Source of the DNA: Synechococcus sp. A15-28
Lineage (GTDB): Bacteria > Cyanobacteriota > Cyanobacteriia > PCC-6307 > Cyanobiaceae
NCBI RefSeq assembly: GCF_014280175.1
Contig: NZ_CP047931.1
Span: 1,620,001-1,652,000 of the forward strand
Length of the DNA: 32,000 bases
Direction of reading: 5' to 3'
The notes beneath the pieces are model-generated. The model was not told where the DNA came from. It ran no database searches and saw only the letters and a program-made list of their open reading frames with translations. The translations under genes and the position numbers were made by a program. Shown here in pieces: positions 9,121 through 19,178 of the stretch. The first letter of the stretch is position 1, and each line of letters starts with the position of its first letter.

Positions 9121-9597
9121 ATGCGTCGTCTCTTGGCCGCCCTTCTCTCGGCTCTCCTGGTGTTCGGCTTCGCTCCCGTCGCCAAGGCTGACGTGGCCGG
9201 CCTTACCCCCTGCTCCGAAAGCGCCCGTTTCCAGCAGCGCGCCGCTGCCGCCACAACGCCCCAGGCCAAGGCTCGTTTCGAGATGTACAGCCAAGCCTCC
9301 TGCGGTGATGACGGCCTGCCCCATTTGATCGTTGATGGCCGTTGGAGCCATGCCGGTGACTTCGTCTATCCCGGGATCATGTTCCTCTATGTGGCCGGTT
9401 GCATCGGCTGGGCAGGACGTGAATACCTGAAGGCAACACGAGGCAAGAGCGCCGCGATGAATGAGATCCAGATCGACCTCGGCATCGCGTTCAAGAGCCT
9501 TCTGGCCGCAGCGACCTGGCCGCTGGCCGCCTTCGGTGAGTTCACCAGTGGGCAACTCCTGGAGGACGAGGACAAGGTGACCGTTTCCCCTCGCTGA
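9121..9597 (+). CDS. psaF: Photosystem I subunit III
   Basis: ATG 9121 gives MRRLLAALLSALLVFGFAPVAKADVAGLTPCSESARFQQR..GLPHLIVDGRWSHAGDF..GWAGREYL, a signal peptide plus PsaF core. The track ORF opens at an upstream GTG (9046). Confidence 0.95.
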   Translation: MRRLLAALLSALLVFGFAPVAKADVAGLTPCSESARFQQRAAAATTPQAKARFEMYSQASCGDDGLPHLIVDGRWSHAGDFVYPGIMFLYVAGCIGWAGREYLKATRGKSAAMNEIQIDLGIAFKSLLAAATWPLAAFGEFTSGQLLEDEDKVTVSPR

Positions 9598-9627
9598 TTC
9601 CTACCCACTTCATCCCTCAATCGAACC

Positions 9628-9744
9628 ATGCAGAAATTTCTCACCACCGCGCCGGTTGTTGCCGCCATCTGGTTCACCCTCACCGCCGGGATCCTGATCG
9701 AGTGGAACCGTTTCTTCCCCGACCTGCTCTTCCACCCCATGTGA
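9628..9744 (+). CDS. psaJ: Photosystem I subunit IX (38 aa; below ORF-track cutoff)
   Basis: ATG 9628 gives [38 protein letters not shown], stop TGA 9742-9744. Position directly after psaF is canonical. Confidence 0.9.
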   Translation: MQKFLTTAPVVAAIWFTLTAGILIEWNRFFPDLLFHPM

Positions 9745-9764
9745 TTTGGGTCTTGTCCAACATC

Positions 9765-9793
9765 AAAAAAAGGGGCTATGCCCCCTTTTTTTT
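9765..9793. terminator. Bidirectional intrinsic terminator between psaJ (+) and gmk (-)
   Basis: A7 run, GGGGC, loop TAT, GCCCC(C), T8 run. The A-tract and T-tract flank the GC stem, so the structure can terminate in both directions. Confidence 0.8.
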
Positions 9794-9797
9794 GCCA

Positions 9798-10358
9798 TCA
9801 AGCCAGGCCCATCAGCCCTTCCAGCTTCAGCAGGGCCTGGTCGAGATCGTCGTTAACCACCACAGCATCGAATTCGTCCTGGGCGCTTAACTCTTCACGA
9901 GCCCGCGTCAGTCGGCGCTGGATCGCCTCCTCAGAATCAGTGCCACGCCCGCGGATGCGGCGCTCGAGTTCCTCAAAACTGGGCGGTGCCAGAAAAATCT
10001 GCACGGCCTGAGGAAAGCTGCGACGAACCTGTCTGGCTCCCTCCAGTTCGATTTCCAGGAGAACGGGCCGCCCGGCCTGCAACTGCTGCTCCACGGGAGC
10101 CCGGGGAGTCCCGTAGCGGTTTCCAGCAAATTGAGCCCACTCCAGCAAACCGCCCTCCTGCACAAGGGCATCGAAGCGATCCCTGCTGTGAAAGAAATAA
10201 CTCTCCCCCTCACGCTCTCCTTCGCGAGGAGTTCGTGTGGTGGCCGATACCGACACCCAGATGCTCGGATGCCGCTCCAGAAGGCGTTGCACCAGCGTTC
10301 CTTTCCCGACGCCGCTCGGCCCGGTGATCACCGTCAGGGTGCCCATGCCGTTTGACAT
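9798..10358 (-). CDS. gmk: Guanylate kinase
   Basis: ATG 10358 gives [27 protein letters not shown] (P-loop), [25 protein letters not shown]. Length 186 aa. The track ORF extends spuriously to 10667. Confidence 0.92.
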   Translation of the reverse strand: MSNGMGTLTVITGPSGVGKGTLVQRLLERHPSIWVSVSATTRTPREGEREGESYFFHSRDRFDALVQEGGLLEWAQFAGNRYGTPRAPVEQQLQAGRPVLLEIELEGARQVRRSFPQAVQIFLAPPSFEELERRIRGRGTDSEEAIQRRLTRAREELSAQDEFDAVVVNDDLDQALLKLEGLMGLA

Positions 10359-10433
10359 CACTGCATCGTCGTGGCCCAGCAGAGTAGGAACCCCTCTGAA
10401 CGACGGGTGACCAGCACGGCACGGCTGCAGCTC

Positions 10434-12131
10434 ATGGACCTCACCACCCTGCGCGCGGTGTTGAGCGATCTCCGGCCGAGGCTGCTGCCCAGCCGGTTCG
10501 AGAAAGCTCAGCAACCGGATCCAGCCACGCTGCAACTCGGATTCCGCACCCTGAAGGGCATGCTCTGGCTCGAATTGAGCTGGCAAGCCGATGCGCCGCG
10601 GTTGGTGCAGATCCCGCCGCCGCCGCGGCAGGGTGCCGGCAGCACCCTCTCCCAGCAGATCCAGCACAGCCTTCGCCAGATGGCGCTAATCGAACTGGTT
10701 CAAACGGGGTTTGAACGGGTGGTGGAGTTCCGGATGGCTCCAAGGCCGGGCCATCCCGCTCAGCGCGTGCTGGTGCTGGAACTGATGGGCCGCCACAGCA
10801 ATGTGCTGCTACTGGACGAGCAGCGACAGGTGGTCGCCCTGGGCCGTCAGGTGCGCGACCACCAGTCACGGGTCCGACCCATTGGCACCGGCGATGCCTA
10901 TATCCCCCCACCACCCCTGCAGGGGCAGCCCCCCAGTTCTGCAGAACACTTCGAGCGCTGGCGCGACCGTCTCCGTCTCCTGCCGCTTCCGTTGCGTAAA
11001 GCTCTGCCGCAGGCATATCAAGGGATCAGCCCGCCCCTGGCCAAGCAACTGGCCGGGGAGTTGCTGACCACGCCCGTCGACCAGCTTGAGCCGGACGCGT
11101 GGTATGAGCTGCATCACCGTTGGCAGGCCTGGCTGGCCTGCCTCGAGACGGAGCGATTCACACTTGATCTCAAGGGTGAAGAGGGGTACCGGGTCTGGTC
11201 GAGCCACACCGATCGATCCGGCGGCGCTGAAGGCAACGAAGGGGGCCTGGCCCTCGCTCTGGGGCACTGGTACCGCAGCCGGATTGACCAACGCGATCTG
11301 CAGCGAGCCTGTGACGAGCTGCGGCAACGTCTGAGCCGCTGGCGGTCCAAGGAGGACCTGGCTCTGGAGGATCAGCGCAGGCGTTTGGCGGCCTGCGCCG
11401 ACAGCGCGGATCTGCAGCAGCAGGCGGATGCCTTGCTCTGCCTACCGGCACCAAATCGCGACGAGGTGGATCAAGCCCAGAAGCTCTATCGACGGGCCCG
11501 CAAGCTGCGGCGGTCCAGCAGCATGCTTCAGGAAAGGATCCATCACCACGATGGTCGGCTGCAGCTGATCAACGGCAGCGAGGCCTTCATCGATGATCTG
11601 CAGGCTGCGGCATGGCAACCGATGGCGTCACGCCTAATGGCCCTCGGTGATCTACGGCGGGAACTGGAGGAGCTGCTCAACCCTGTCGGTCGCCAGGAGC
11701 GGCGCCAGCGACAGCAGCAGGGCACGCCTCAACCCCTCGAAGTCATCAGCCCCAGTGGTCTCGTGCTGCAGGTGGGCCGCAACCATCGCCAGAACGACTG
11801 GATCAGCCTGCGCCAGGCCCGCAGCGGTGACCTCTGGTTTCACGCCCAGGAATGTCCCGGCAGCCATGTGGTGCTGAAAAGCTCGGCTGGTCTGGCCGAT
11901 GACGACGATCTGCAGCTGGCCTGCGACCTGGCGTCCTATTTCAGCCGTGCACGCGGCAATGTGCGGGTGGCTGTTGTGATGGTGCCGACGGAGCATCTGC
12001 AGCGGATCGCCGGTGCCGGGCCAGGCACCGTTCGCCACAGCGGCGGCGAGGTGCGCTGGGGCGATCCCATGCGGGCCGAGACCCGGCTCAACAGCCTCGA
12101 GGCTTCTAGCCTGGCGGGAAGCAAGGGCTGA
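10434..12131 (+). CDS. NFACT-family protein (FbpA / RqcH-like, ribosome-quality-control type), about 565 aa
   Basis: [13 protein letters not shown]..., [14 protein letters not shown] (NFACT-N), a central Arg/Gln-rich coiled region, and a C-terminal [38 protein letters not shown] (NFACT-R/DUF814). Confidence 0.8.
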   Translation: MDLTTLRAVLSDLRPRLLPSRFEKAQQPDPATLQLGFRTLKGMLWLELSWQADAPRLVQIPPPPRQGAGSTLSQQIQHSLRQMALIELVQTGFERVVEFRMAPRPGHPAQRVLVLELMGRHSNVLLLDEQRQVVALGRQVRDHQSRVRPIGTGDAYIPPPPLQGQPPSSAEHFERWRDRLRLLPLPLRKALPQAYQGISPPLAKQLAGELLTTPVDQLEPDAWYELHHRWQAWLACLETERFTLDLKGEEGYRVWSSHTDRSGGAEGNEGGLALALGHWYRSRIDQRDLQRACDELRQRLSRWRSKEDLALEDQRRRLAACADSADLQQQADALLCLPAPNRDEVDQAQKLYRRARKLRRSSSMLQERIHHHDGRLQLINGSEAFIDDLQAAAWQPMASRLMALGDLRRELEELLNPVGRQERRQRQQQGTPQPLEVISPSGLVLQVGRNHRQNDWISLRQARSGDLWFHAQECPGSHVVLKSSAGLADDDDLQLACDLASYFSRARGNVRVAVVMVPTEHLQRIAGAGPGTVRHSGGEVRWGDPMRAETRLNSLEASSLAGSKG

Positions 12132-12132
12132 C

Positions 12133-12966
12133 GTGTCGGCCAGACCAGCCATTCCATCCGTGCCCGACCCCGACAGATCCGACGGTCCAGTTCTCAAGCC
12201 ACCTCCTCCCATCCGCATCAGCGGGGACAAGGACGCGAGTGAATTGCCCAACGAGGTCGAAATGCCTCTGGTGGATCACCTCGAGGAACTGCGCCAGCGA
12301 GTGCTGCGCAGTCTCCTGGCCGTGGTGCTGTCAGCACTGGTTTGCCTGCTGGCGGTGAAGCCCCTCGTGCGCCTGCTGGAAGCCCCGGCCCAGGGGATCC
12401 ACTTCCTGCAGCTGGCACCCGGTGAATTTCTGTTCGTGTCGCTGAAGGTGGCTGGCTATGCCGGCCTGACACTCGCCCTTCCCTACGTCCTGTTTCAGTT
12501 GCTGGCCTTTGTGCTCCCTGGATTGACGCTTCGGGAACGGCGGCTGATCGCGCCGGCCGTGGCCGGATCGGCCGTGCTGTTTCTGGCGGGCATTGCCTTT
12601 GCATGGTGGGCCCTGGTCCCCGCCGCTCTGCGTTTTTTGGTGAGCTACGGCGCCGATGTGGTGGAACCGCTCTGGTCGATCGAGCGTTACCTGGATTTCG
12701 TTCTGTTGCTGATGCTGGCCACAGGCCTGGCCTTTCAATTGCCGGTGTTGCAGCTGTTGCTGGGCGTGCTGGGACTCGTGCGCTGGCGCACCATGCTCGG
12801 GGCGTGGCGATGGGTGGTGCTGGGCTCCGCCCTCGCCGGGGCAGTGCTCACCCCATCAACCGACCCGATCACCATGCTGTTGCTGGCGGGCGCGATCACG
12901 GCCTTGTTCCTGATCGGCGTCGGGCTGGTCGCCCTCACGGAGACCCTCAGACGAGAAACTCCCTGA
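12133..12966 (+). CDS. tatC: Twin-arginine translocase subunit TatC
   Basis: PNEVEMPLVDHLEELRQRVLRSLLAV.., six hydrophobic helices, TPSTDPITM near the C-terminus. I prefer GTG 12133 (1 nt after the upstream stop) because the conserved EVEM-x-LxxHLxELR block needs an upstream start. ATG 12262 is the alternative. Confidence 0.88.
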   Translation: MSARPAIPSVPDPDRSDGPVLKPPPPIRISGDKDASELPNEVEMPLVDHLEELRQRVLRSLLAVVLSALVCLLAVKPLVRLLEAPAQGIHFLQLAPGEFLFVSLKVAGYAGLTLALPYVLFQLLAFVLPGLTLRERRLIAPAVAGSAVLFLAGIAFAWWALVPAALRFLVSYGADVVEPLWSIERYLDFVLLLMLATGLAFQLPVLQLLLGVLGLVRWRTMLGAWRWVVLGSALAGAVLTPSTDPITMLLLAGAITALFLIGVGLVALTETLRRETP

Positions 12967-13285
12967 GCAGGTTCTGCGCGGCTGGCCCTTCAGCCTGCAG
13001 CTGAAGGCTCAGGGCCTTACCCAGGCGGGGTTTATCCCGGGTTGTATTGATCCAATGGCGCACTTCGGCCGCCAAACCAAGACGATTCACAACATCCAGC
13101 ACTTCCGCCAGATGCTCCCGATACGCGATTTCGTCCATCGGGAACGACTGTTGCTCTAAATAAGCCCACATCACCTGCAGGTAGAGACGCTGCCGGCGAA
13201 CCACCAGCTGAAGGTCGTAAGTCGCCCGCCAGCGCTGGCGTAAGCAGCCAATCAGCTCCTCGACACCGAGGGGTTCTGCAGACAT
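12947..13285 (-). CDS. Conserved cyanobacterial hypothetical protein (DUF3067-like), about 112 aa
   Basis: MSAEPLGVEELIGCLRQRWRATYDLQLVVRRQRLYLQVMWAYLEQQSFPMDE..; ATG 13285, or GTG 13306 in the track. Family assignment is from memory of the motif pattern, not from a search. Confidence 0.6.
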   Translation of the reverse strand: MSAEPLGVEELIGCLRQRWRATYDLQLVVRRQRLYLQVMWAYLEQQSFPMDEIAYREHLAEVLDVVNRLGLAAEVRHWINTTRDKPRLGKALSLQLQAEGPAAQNLLREFLV

Positions 13286-13410
13286 CCCGGATGACAGATC
13301 AAGCACAAATACGACGATACGAAGAACGTTGAAAGGCCAGTCGTTGCAAAGCGTGACAGGAACTTAAGCGTCCATAATGATCCTTATTCCGTGCTGGATG
13401 ACCGTCCGTC

Positions 13411-13947
13411 ATGACCCAACTTTCCTCGAGCGATGTGCCCGGAATGGGTCGTCGGCAGTTCATGAATCTGCTGACCTTCGGTTCCGTGACCGGGGTGGCC
13501 TTGGGTGCTCTTTACCCCGTCGTTAACTACTTCATCCCCCCCCGCGCCGCTGGAGCCGGCGGCGGCACCTCCGCCAAGGATGAGCTCGGGAACGCCATCA
13601 CCGCCACCGGCTGGTTGTCCTCTCACCCCGAGGGTGACCGCAGCCTCGTCCAGGGTCTCAAGGGTGATCCCACCTATCTGATCGTTGAAGGTTCGGATGC
13701 CATCGGCAGCTACGGCATCAACGCCATCTGCACCCACCTCGGCTGCGTCGTGCCCTGGAACAGCGGCGCCAACAAGTTCATGTGCCCCTGCCACGGAAGT
13801 CAGTACGACGCCACCGGCAAGGTGGTTCGCGGTCCGGCGCCACTCTCCCTGGCTCTGGCCAACGTGAGCGTCGAGAACGACAACGTCTTTGTGAGCCAGT
13901 GGACTGAAACCGACTTCCGCACGGGCGATAAGCCCTGGTGGGCCTGA
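13411..13947 (+). CDS. petC: Cytochrome b6-f complex Rieske iron-sulfur subunit
   Basis: [10 protein letters not shown] and CPCHGSQYD 2Fe-2S boxes, plus an N-terminal RRQFMNLL Tat-like anchor. Length 178 aa. Confidence 0.97.
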   Translation: MTQLSSSDVPGMGRRQFMNLLTFGSVTGVALGALYPVVNYFIPPRAAGAGGGTSAKDELGNAITATGWLSSHPEGDRSLVQGLKGDPTYLIVEGSDAIGSYGINAICTHLGCVVPWNSGANKFMCPCHGSQYDATGKVVRGPAPLSLALANVSVENDNVFVSQWTETDFRTGDKPWWA

Positions 13948-13986
13948 TCCTTTTCCTTCGCTTTCCCTCCTCCCCTCACCCCTTCC

Positions 13987-14922
13987 ATGCGTCGCCACCT
14001 CTCCTTACTGCTCGGATCGCTGGTGCTCGGCCTGAGCGTTTTGATCGCCCCCGCCGCCAGCTGGGCCTATCCCTTCTGGGCTCAACAGAACTACGACAGC
14101 CCTCGGGAAGCCACCGGCAAGATCGTCTGCGCCAACTGCCACCTGGCGAAGAAACTGACCCAGGCCGAAGTGCCTCAGTCGGTTCTGCCCGACACGGTGT
14201 TCACCGCCAGCGTCAAGATCCCTTACGAGGACGGACTTCAAGAGATTGGAGCCGATGGAAGCGACGTGGGCCTTCAGGTCGGCGCTGTCGTGATGCTGCC
14301 CGATGGGTTCACCCTCGCGCCTCAGGATCGCTGGACCGATGAGATGAAAGAGGAGACCGAAGGGGTTTACTTCTCGCAGTACAGCGACGATCAGCCCAAT
14401 ATTCTTCTGGTGGGTCCGATTCCCGGTGATCAGCATCAGGAAGTGGTCTTCCCCCTTCTCTCACCTGACCCCGCCACCGACAGCAACATTCACTTCGGTA
14501 AGTACCAGCTCCACGTCGGCGGCAACCGTGGTCGTGGCCAGGTGTACCCCACCGGCGAAAAGAGCAATAACGCGGTTTACACTGCCTCCGCTTCCGGCTC
14601 AGTGACAGCGATTGAGGACGGCGAGAACGGCTCCAGCATCCTCACCATCAACACCACGGATGGCGCGGCTGTGACGGAAACCATTCCCGTCGGACCTCAG
14701 CTGCTGGTCAACGTCGGCGACACCGTTGAGGCCGGTGGCGCACTGACCAACGACCCGAATGTCGGTGGCTTCGGTCAGGTTGATGCCGAAATCGTGCTTC
14801 AGAACCCTGTGCGCATCTACGGCCTGCTCGCCTTCTTTGCGGCTGTTGCCGTTGCCCAGATCATGCTGGTGCTGAAGAAGAAACAGGTGGAGAAGGTTCA
14901 GGCTGCTGAGGGCAACTTCTGA
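13987..14922 (+). CDS. petA: Apocytochrome f
   Basis: Signal peptide, then the mature N-terminus YPFWAQQNY and heme site CANCHLA, with a C-terminal membrane anchor. Length 311 aa. Confidence 0.97.
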   Translation: MRRHLSLLLGSLVLGLSVLIAPAASWAYPFWAQQNYDSPREATGKIVCANCHLAKKLTQAEVPQSVLPDTVFTASVKIPYEDGLQEIGADGSDVGLQVGAVVMLPDGFTLAPQDRWTDEMKEETEGVYFSQYSDDQPNILLVGPIPGDQHQEVVFPLLSPDPATDSNIHFGKYQLHVGGNRGRGQVYPTGEKSNNAVYTASASGSVTAIEDGENGSSILTINTTDGAAVTETIPVGPQLLVNVGDTVEAGGALTNDPNVGGFGQVDAEIVLQNPVRIYGLLAFFAAVAVAQIMLVLKKKQVEKVQAAEGNF

Positions 14923-14927
14923 TCCAG

Positions 14928-15764
14928 ATGTTCACATCGCCTGGGCCCGTTCTGTTTCAGATCGGGCCGCTCACCCTCCGCTGGTACGGACTGCTGATCG
15001 CAACAGCAGTCCTGATCGGATTGAACCTCTCCAGTCGCCTGGCCCAGTCCCGCAGGCTGGAAAACGGGTTGATCAGTGATCTGCTCCCGCTGCTGGTGTT
15101 GTTCTCCGTGATCGGAGCCAGGTTGTATTACGTCGCCTTCGAATGGCACAACTACGCCAATCAGCCGATGAAGGCGCTGGCGATCTGGGAAGGAGGCATC
15201 GCCATCCACGGCGCTCTGATCGCTGGAACCCTCACCCTGTTTCTGTTCTGCCGCTGGCGTCGTCAGCCATTTCTGGATGTTCTCGATGTTCTGGTGCCCT
15301 CCGTTGCTCTGGGCCAGGCCATTGGACGCTGGGGAAACTTCTTTAACTCTGAAGCCTTCGGTGTCCCGACCGACCTCCCCTGGAAGCTGTTCATTCCCTA
15401 CGGGAATCGGCCGGTGATCTATGCGGACGCCGAGTTTTTCCATCCAACATTCCTGTACGAATCGATCTGGAATCTGCTGCTGTTTGCTCTCCTGCTGGGT
15501 CTTTTCCGCTGGGGAAGCCGAGATCGTTTCTCCCTTCCTGCAGGAGCTCTGAGCTGTGTGTATCTTATCGGCTACAGCTTTGGCCGCATCTGGATCGAGG
15601 GACTCCGCATTGATCCCCTCTGTGTGGGAGCACTGCCCCCAGCCTGTGAGGGAGGGATTCGCATCGCCCAGTTGATGAGTGCCATGCTGATGGTTCAGGG
15701 TGGATTGGGTCTGTGGTGGTTGTACCGGCGGCAGCAACAGCTTCAGACTCCACCCAACCCCTGA
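14928..15764 (+). CDS. lgt: Prolipoprotein diacylglyceryl transferase
   Basis: [53 protein letters not shown]. Starts 5 nt after the petA stop. Confidence 0.9.
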   Translation: MFTSPGPVLFQIGPLTLRWYGLLIATAVLIGLNLSSRLAQSRRLENGLISDLLPLLVLFSVIGARLYYVAFEWHNYANQPMKALAIWEGGIAIHGALIAGTLTLFLFCRWRRQPFLDVLDVLVPSVALGQAIGRWGNFFNSEAFGVPTDLPWKLFIPYGNRPVIYADAEFFHPTFLYESIWNLLLFALLLGLFRWGSRDRFSLPAGALSCVYLIGYSFGRIWIEGLRIDPLCVGALPPACEGGIRIAQLMSAMLMVQGGLGLWWLYRRQQQLQTPPNP

Positions 15765-16519
15765 GTCACCCCGTTTGCTTTGTCGGAGCAGGCCCCGGGG
15801 CTGAGGACCTACTGACCCTTCGAGCCGCTGAACGACTGCGTCATGCCGATGTGCTGATCTGGACGGACTCCCTGGTGTGCCCTCAGATCACAGTGCTGGC
15901 TCCTGACCATTGCGAAAAAATCCGCACCAGCACCCTCACCCTGGAAGAGGTGATTCCTCTGTTGATCGATCGACAACGTCAGGGGGCCAAGGTCGTGCGT
16001 CTGCACGATGGGGACACGGCTCTTTACAGCGCCATCAACGAGCAGATTTGCGCTCTGAGCGATGCGGACATTCCGGTGGAAGTGGTTCCCGGGGTCAGCG
16101 CTTATCAAGCGGCAGCAGCGGGACTCTCCAGCGAACTCACCATCCCGGGGGTGGTTCAGACCATTGTCCTCGGCCGCGCCGGGGGGCGCACGGGGGTTCC
16201 CCCTTCAGAGGAACTCGATCAGCTGGCAGCTCTGGGGGCCAGCCTATGCCTGTATCTCAGTGCCCGCCATATCGATGACGTGCAGGCCACCCTTCAGCGC
16301 CATTACCCCGACGACACACCGGTGGCCATCGCCTACCGGGTGAGCTGGCCTGATGAATGGATGTCCGTTGTCCCCCTCGCGCAGATGGCTGCTGCCAGTC
16401 AGGAGCGCCAGTTGATCCGCACAACCCTCTACATCATCAGTCCAGCACTCAATGGAGGTCGTCAACGATCGCGTTTGTATTCACCGGATCACGACCACCT
16501 TTTCCGCCCAAGCCACTGA
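15713..16519 (+). CDS. cobM: Precorrin-4 C11-methyltransferase
   Basis: [63 protein letters not shown]. The start is uncertain: GTG 15713/15716 overlaps lgt by about 50 nt. Confidence 0.87.
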   Translation: MVVVPAAATASDSTQPLSHPVCFVGAGPGAEDLLTLRAAERLRHADVLIWTDSLVCPQITVLAPDHCEKIRTSTLTLEEVIPLLIDRQRQGAKVVRLHDGDTALYSAINEQICALSDADIPVEVVPGVSAYQAAAAGLSSELTIPGVVQTIVLGRAGGRTGVPPSEELDQLAALGASLCLYLSARHIDDVQATLQRHYPDDTPVAIAYRVSWPDEWMSVVPLAQMAAASQERQLIRTTLYIISPALNGGRQRSRLYSPDHDHLFRPSH

Positions 16520-16546
16520 TGGTGGTGGTTTAAGATTGGGTTGTGC

Positions 16547-16618
<72 letters not shown>

Positions 16619-16715
16619 TATTTCCCAGGGGGTTGTAGTCACTCCTCAGGAGACTCAGGCTGTCAAGTTGGTGCAAACGGCCTAAATTCCGGTTGTTCTG
16701 ATGTGAGTCTTCCGG

Positions 16716-17474
16716 ATGAGCGGAAGCGACCTCAACTCAAAACCCACGCAATCATCCGCAATTGAGGATGTAGGAACTGCGATCCGTCAGGGGCGAGAGT
16801 CCGCTTCGATCAGCCGTGAGGAGCTGGCCCAGCGTTTGCACATGGGCTGTGAACAACTCGAAGCTCTGGAGCAAGGGGAACTGCATCGGTTACCTGAACC
16901 TGTGTTCATCAAGGCGATGGTGCGACGCCTCGCCAGTCACCTCAGACTTGATGCTGATGCACTGGTGGAGCAGCTGGGTCCACTGCCCAATCGTCCGTCG
17001 ATCACCCATACGCCAGTTCAAGCACTGAAGCCAATCGCTGATCAGGCCTCCGGACCCCCTTGGATAACCCTTCTGTTGGCCCTGATGGCGATCGTTGGCC
17101 TCGGCAGCTGGGCCCGTCATCTGCTCACAGACACCACCACATCGACCTCTGGTCGGGAAACGCCCATCCAGGCAGCACCCGAAACGAAGGTCCAACCTCC
17201 AAGACAGGACGTTCCAGCTCCCCCGGCGGAATCGACCACGACAGCAGCAATCGTTCTCGACTGCAGCGAACCGTGCTGGATTGCCCTGCGTCGCGATGGA
17301 ACAGTGGAGTTCGAAGGAATTCTGGACGCCCCTAGAACGGTGGAGAACCCCGAAGGCGTTGAGGTTTATCCCGGGCGTCCGGATCTGGTGATGCTGCGCC
17401 GAGAGGAGGAGGAAGCGATCAACCTCGGCAGCATCAATGACCTGCGCTGGTACCCGCTCAACCCTGAACGCTGA
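16716..17474 (+). CDS. rodZ: RodZ-like protein (N-terminal HTH, TM segment, C-terminal DUF4115)
   Basis: VGTAIRQGRESASISREELAQRLHMGCEQLEALEQGE..PEPVFIKAMVRRLA, a central helix WITLLLALMAIVGLGSW, a Pro/Thr-rich linker, and C-terminal CWIALRRDGTVEFEG. Confidence 0.7.
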   Translation: MSGSDLNSKPTQSSAIEDVGTAIRQGRESASISREELAQRLHMGCEQLEALEQGELHRLPEPVFIKAMVRRLASHLRLDADALVEQLGPLPNRPSITHTPVQALKPIADQASGPPWITLLLALMAIVGLGSWARHLLTDTTTSTSGRETPIQAAPETKVQPPRQDVPAPPAESTTTAAIVLDCSEPCWIALRRDGTVEFEGILDAPRTVENPEGVEVYPGRPDLVMLRREEEEAINLGSINDLRWYPLNPER

Positions 17475-19089
17475 CCCGGAGCTTGACCCCCGAAGCCTCA
17501 CGCACCACCTCAGCGCAGCTCTCAAGACTCCACTGCTCCAGGCTGAGGTTCTGATTCAGTCGCTCTGGCACAAGAACAAGATCCAACACGTCCGGTGTTG
17601 TGTTCACCTGTAATGAAGCGACCACCGGCTCAGGTCGCCGGTCCAGGGCTGCTGCAAGGCGCAGCAGCAGTGACATTTCACTGACGCGACGTCGATTTTC
17701 ACGGGTCACCAGCGCCTGCCAGGACTCATGCCGTTTCTTGGGAAGACTGCGGCGGTGATAGCGGGCAATGGCTGCCACCATCAGATGTTCCGACTCCGAG
17801 TAGCCCAGAAGCTCTCCGTGACGAATCAGATACCAGGAGTGCTTGTGATACGCGCTGAGATTGATGTGCTGTCCGCAGGCGTGAAGCATTGCTGCGGCCC
17901 AGAGCAACTCCCGCCCCTGGCCATCGTCGTGGTGCATCAAACCCTCTGTGGCGTCGTACAGGCTCAGGGCATGGGTCGCCACCCGTTCAGCGCGCCTCTG
18001 ATTCACCGCAAAGCGCTGCACCTGATGGATAACAGTGCGCTGACGAATGCTGCTCTGAAAGCTGAAACGGTCCTCGAGCAGTCCATGGCGGAGCATCCAA
18101 TCCACGATCAGTCCCTCGCGCAAGGCCCGTTCGCTGAGAACGAACTCGTCAACGCCCAGCATCTGCATCGTGGTCTGCAGGATCAGGGCCCCCGGCACGA
18201 TGATTTCGGCCCTGCGGTCGTTGATGGGTGAAAGGTCCCGCCGTTGATCCGGAGTCATCGTCACCAGTTTCTCGACAACGCGATCCAGCCGCTGGCGCGA
18301 CACCCGGTAACCGTGCAGTTTCAGCGGAGGACGTTCGTCCTCACTGGCCGCCAGTGCACCGATGGCCATGGCCGTGCCGCTGGTGGCGACGAGAACGGGT
18401 ATTTCCCCCGGCTTGATCCGCCGGTGCACCTTGTCAACGGCAGGCTCCAGGGATCCCTGGATGAAGGCCTGCAGGAACGAGCGTCGCTGAGGGGGGATCG
18501 GATCATCCTTGACGAAATCCCGTTGCAAGCGCACTGCACCCACCCGCGTGCTGGTGAGAGCGCGGGCATCGCGTCCATCGGCAAGGATCAGCTCCGTCGA
18601 TCCCCCACCGATGTCCAGCAGCAGGTGGGGACGATCACCGAAGGTCATCCCAGAGAGCACCCCCAAGTAGATCAGACGGGCCTCCTCCGGGCCACTGACG
18701 AGATCCACATCGATGCCGAGGCCATCCTGAATGCTTTGGAGAAACTCCCTGCCATTGGGAGCCTCGCGGACGGCGCTGGTGGCGGCGGTCACGATCTGCT
18801 CCACGTCGTGACTGACGGCCAGATCCCGGAACCGTCGCAGTGTTTCGAAAGCACGATCCATTCCAGCCGAGGTCAGTTCGCCGCTGTCCGGATCGCGTTC
18901 TCCAAGGCGGGTGGTCGACTTCTCCGCCTGTTCGATGCTGAAGGTGCCAAGGATGGTGTCCACGCCGGCCACCAGGAGATGGGTGGAGTTGGTGCCGATG
19001 TCAATGGCGGCCACGCGCCGGGTCTGGGCCGACGACCTTGTGGGTTCCGACCCTGCCGAAGCCGTTGGTTCAGACACAGCGTCCAGCAT
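17458..19089 (-). CDS. ppx: Exopolyphosphatase / guanosine pentaphosphate phosphohydrolase (Ppx/GppA) with HD domain
   Basis: VAAIDIGTNSTHLLVA, LLLDIGGGSTELIL, and later the HD region AAAMLHACGQHIN..HKHSWYLI. ATG 19089 is preferred over the GTG at 19125. Confidence 0.88.
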   Translation of the reverse strand: MLDAVSEPTASAGSEPTRSSAQTRRVAAIDIGTNSTHLLVAGVDTILGTFSIEQAEKSTTRLGERDPDSGELTSAGMDRAFETLRRFRDLAVSHDVEQIVTAATSAVREAPNGREFLQSIQDGLGIDVDLVSGPEEARLIYLGVLSGMTFGDRPHLLLDIGGGSTELILADGRDARALTSTRVGAVRLQRDFVKDDPIPPQRRSFLQAFIQGSLEPAVDKVHRRIKPGEIPVLVATSGTAMAIGALAASEDERPPLKLHGYRVSRQRLDRVVEKLVTMTPDQRRDLSPINDRRAEIIVPGALILQTTMQMLGVDEFVLSERALREGLIVDWMLRHGLLEDRFSFQSSIRQRTVIHQVQRFAVNQRRAERVATHALSLYDATEGLMHHDDGQGRELLWAAAMLHACGQHINLSAYHKHSWYLIRHGELLGYSESEHLMVAAIARYHRRSLPKKRHESWQALVTRENRRRVSEMSLLLRLAAALDRRPEPVVASLQVNTTPDVLDLVLVPERLNQNLSLEQWSLESCAEVVREASGVKLRVSVQG

Positions 19090-19178
19090 CGTCGGCCCTG
19101 TCCAGAAGTCGATCCACTTTGCCACCCATGGGCGTTGTCGCCAGGCGCTGACTAGGGTTCTTCAAACCTTCGGGTCCC

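Noticed and set aside
16641-16648. ACTCCTCA downstream of tRNA-Val, resembling the core of the cyanobacterial Yfr1 sRNA motif (ACUCCUCACAC)
   Set aside because: Only 8 of 11 positions match. The motif sits in a self-pairing CTCC-TCA-GGAG context rather than single-stranded between two stem-loops, and no terminator follows.
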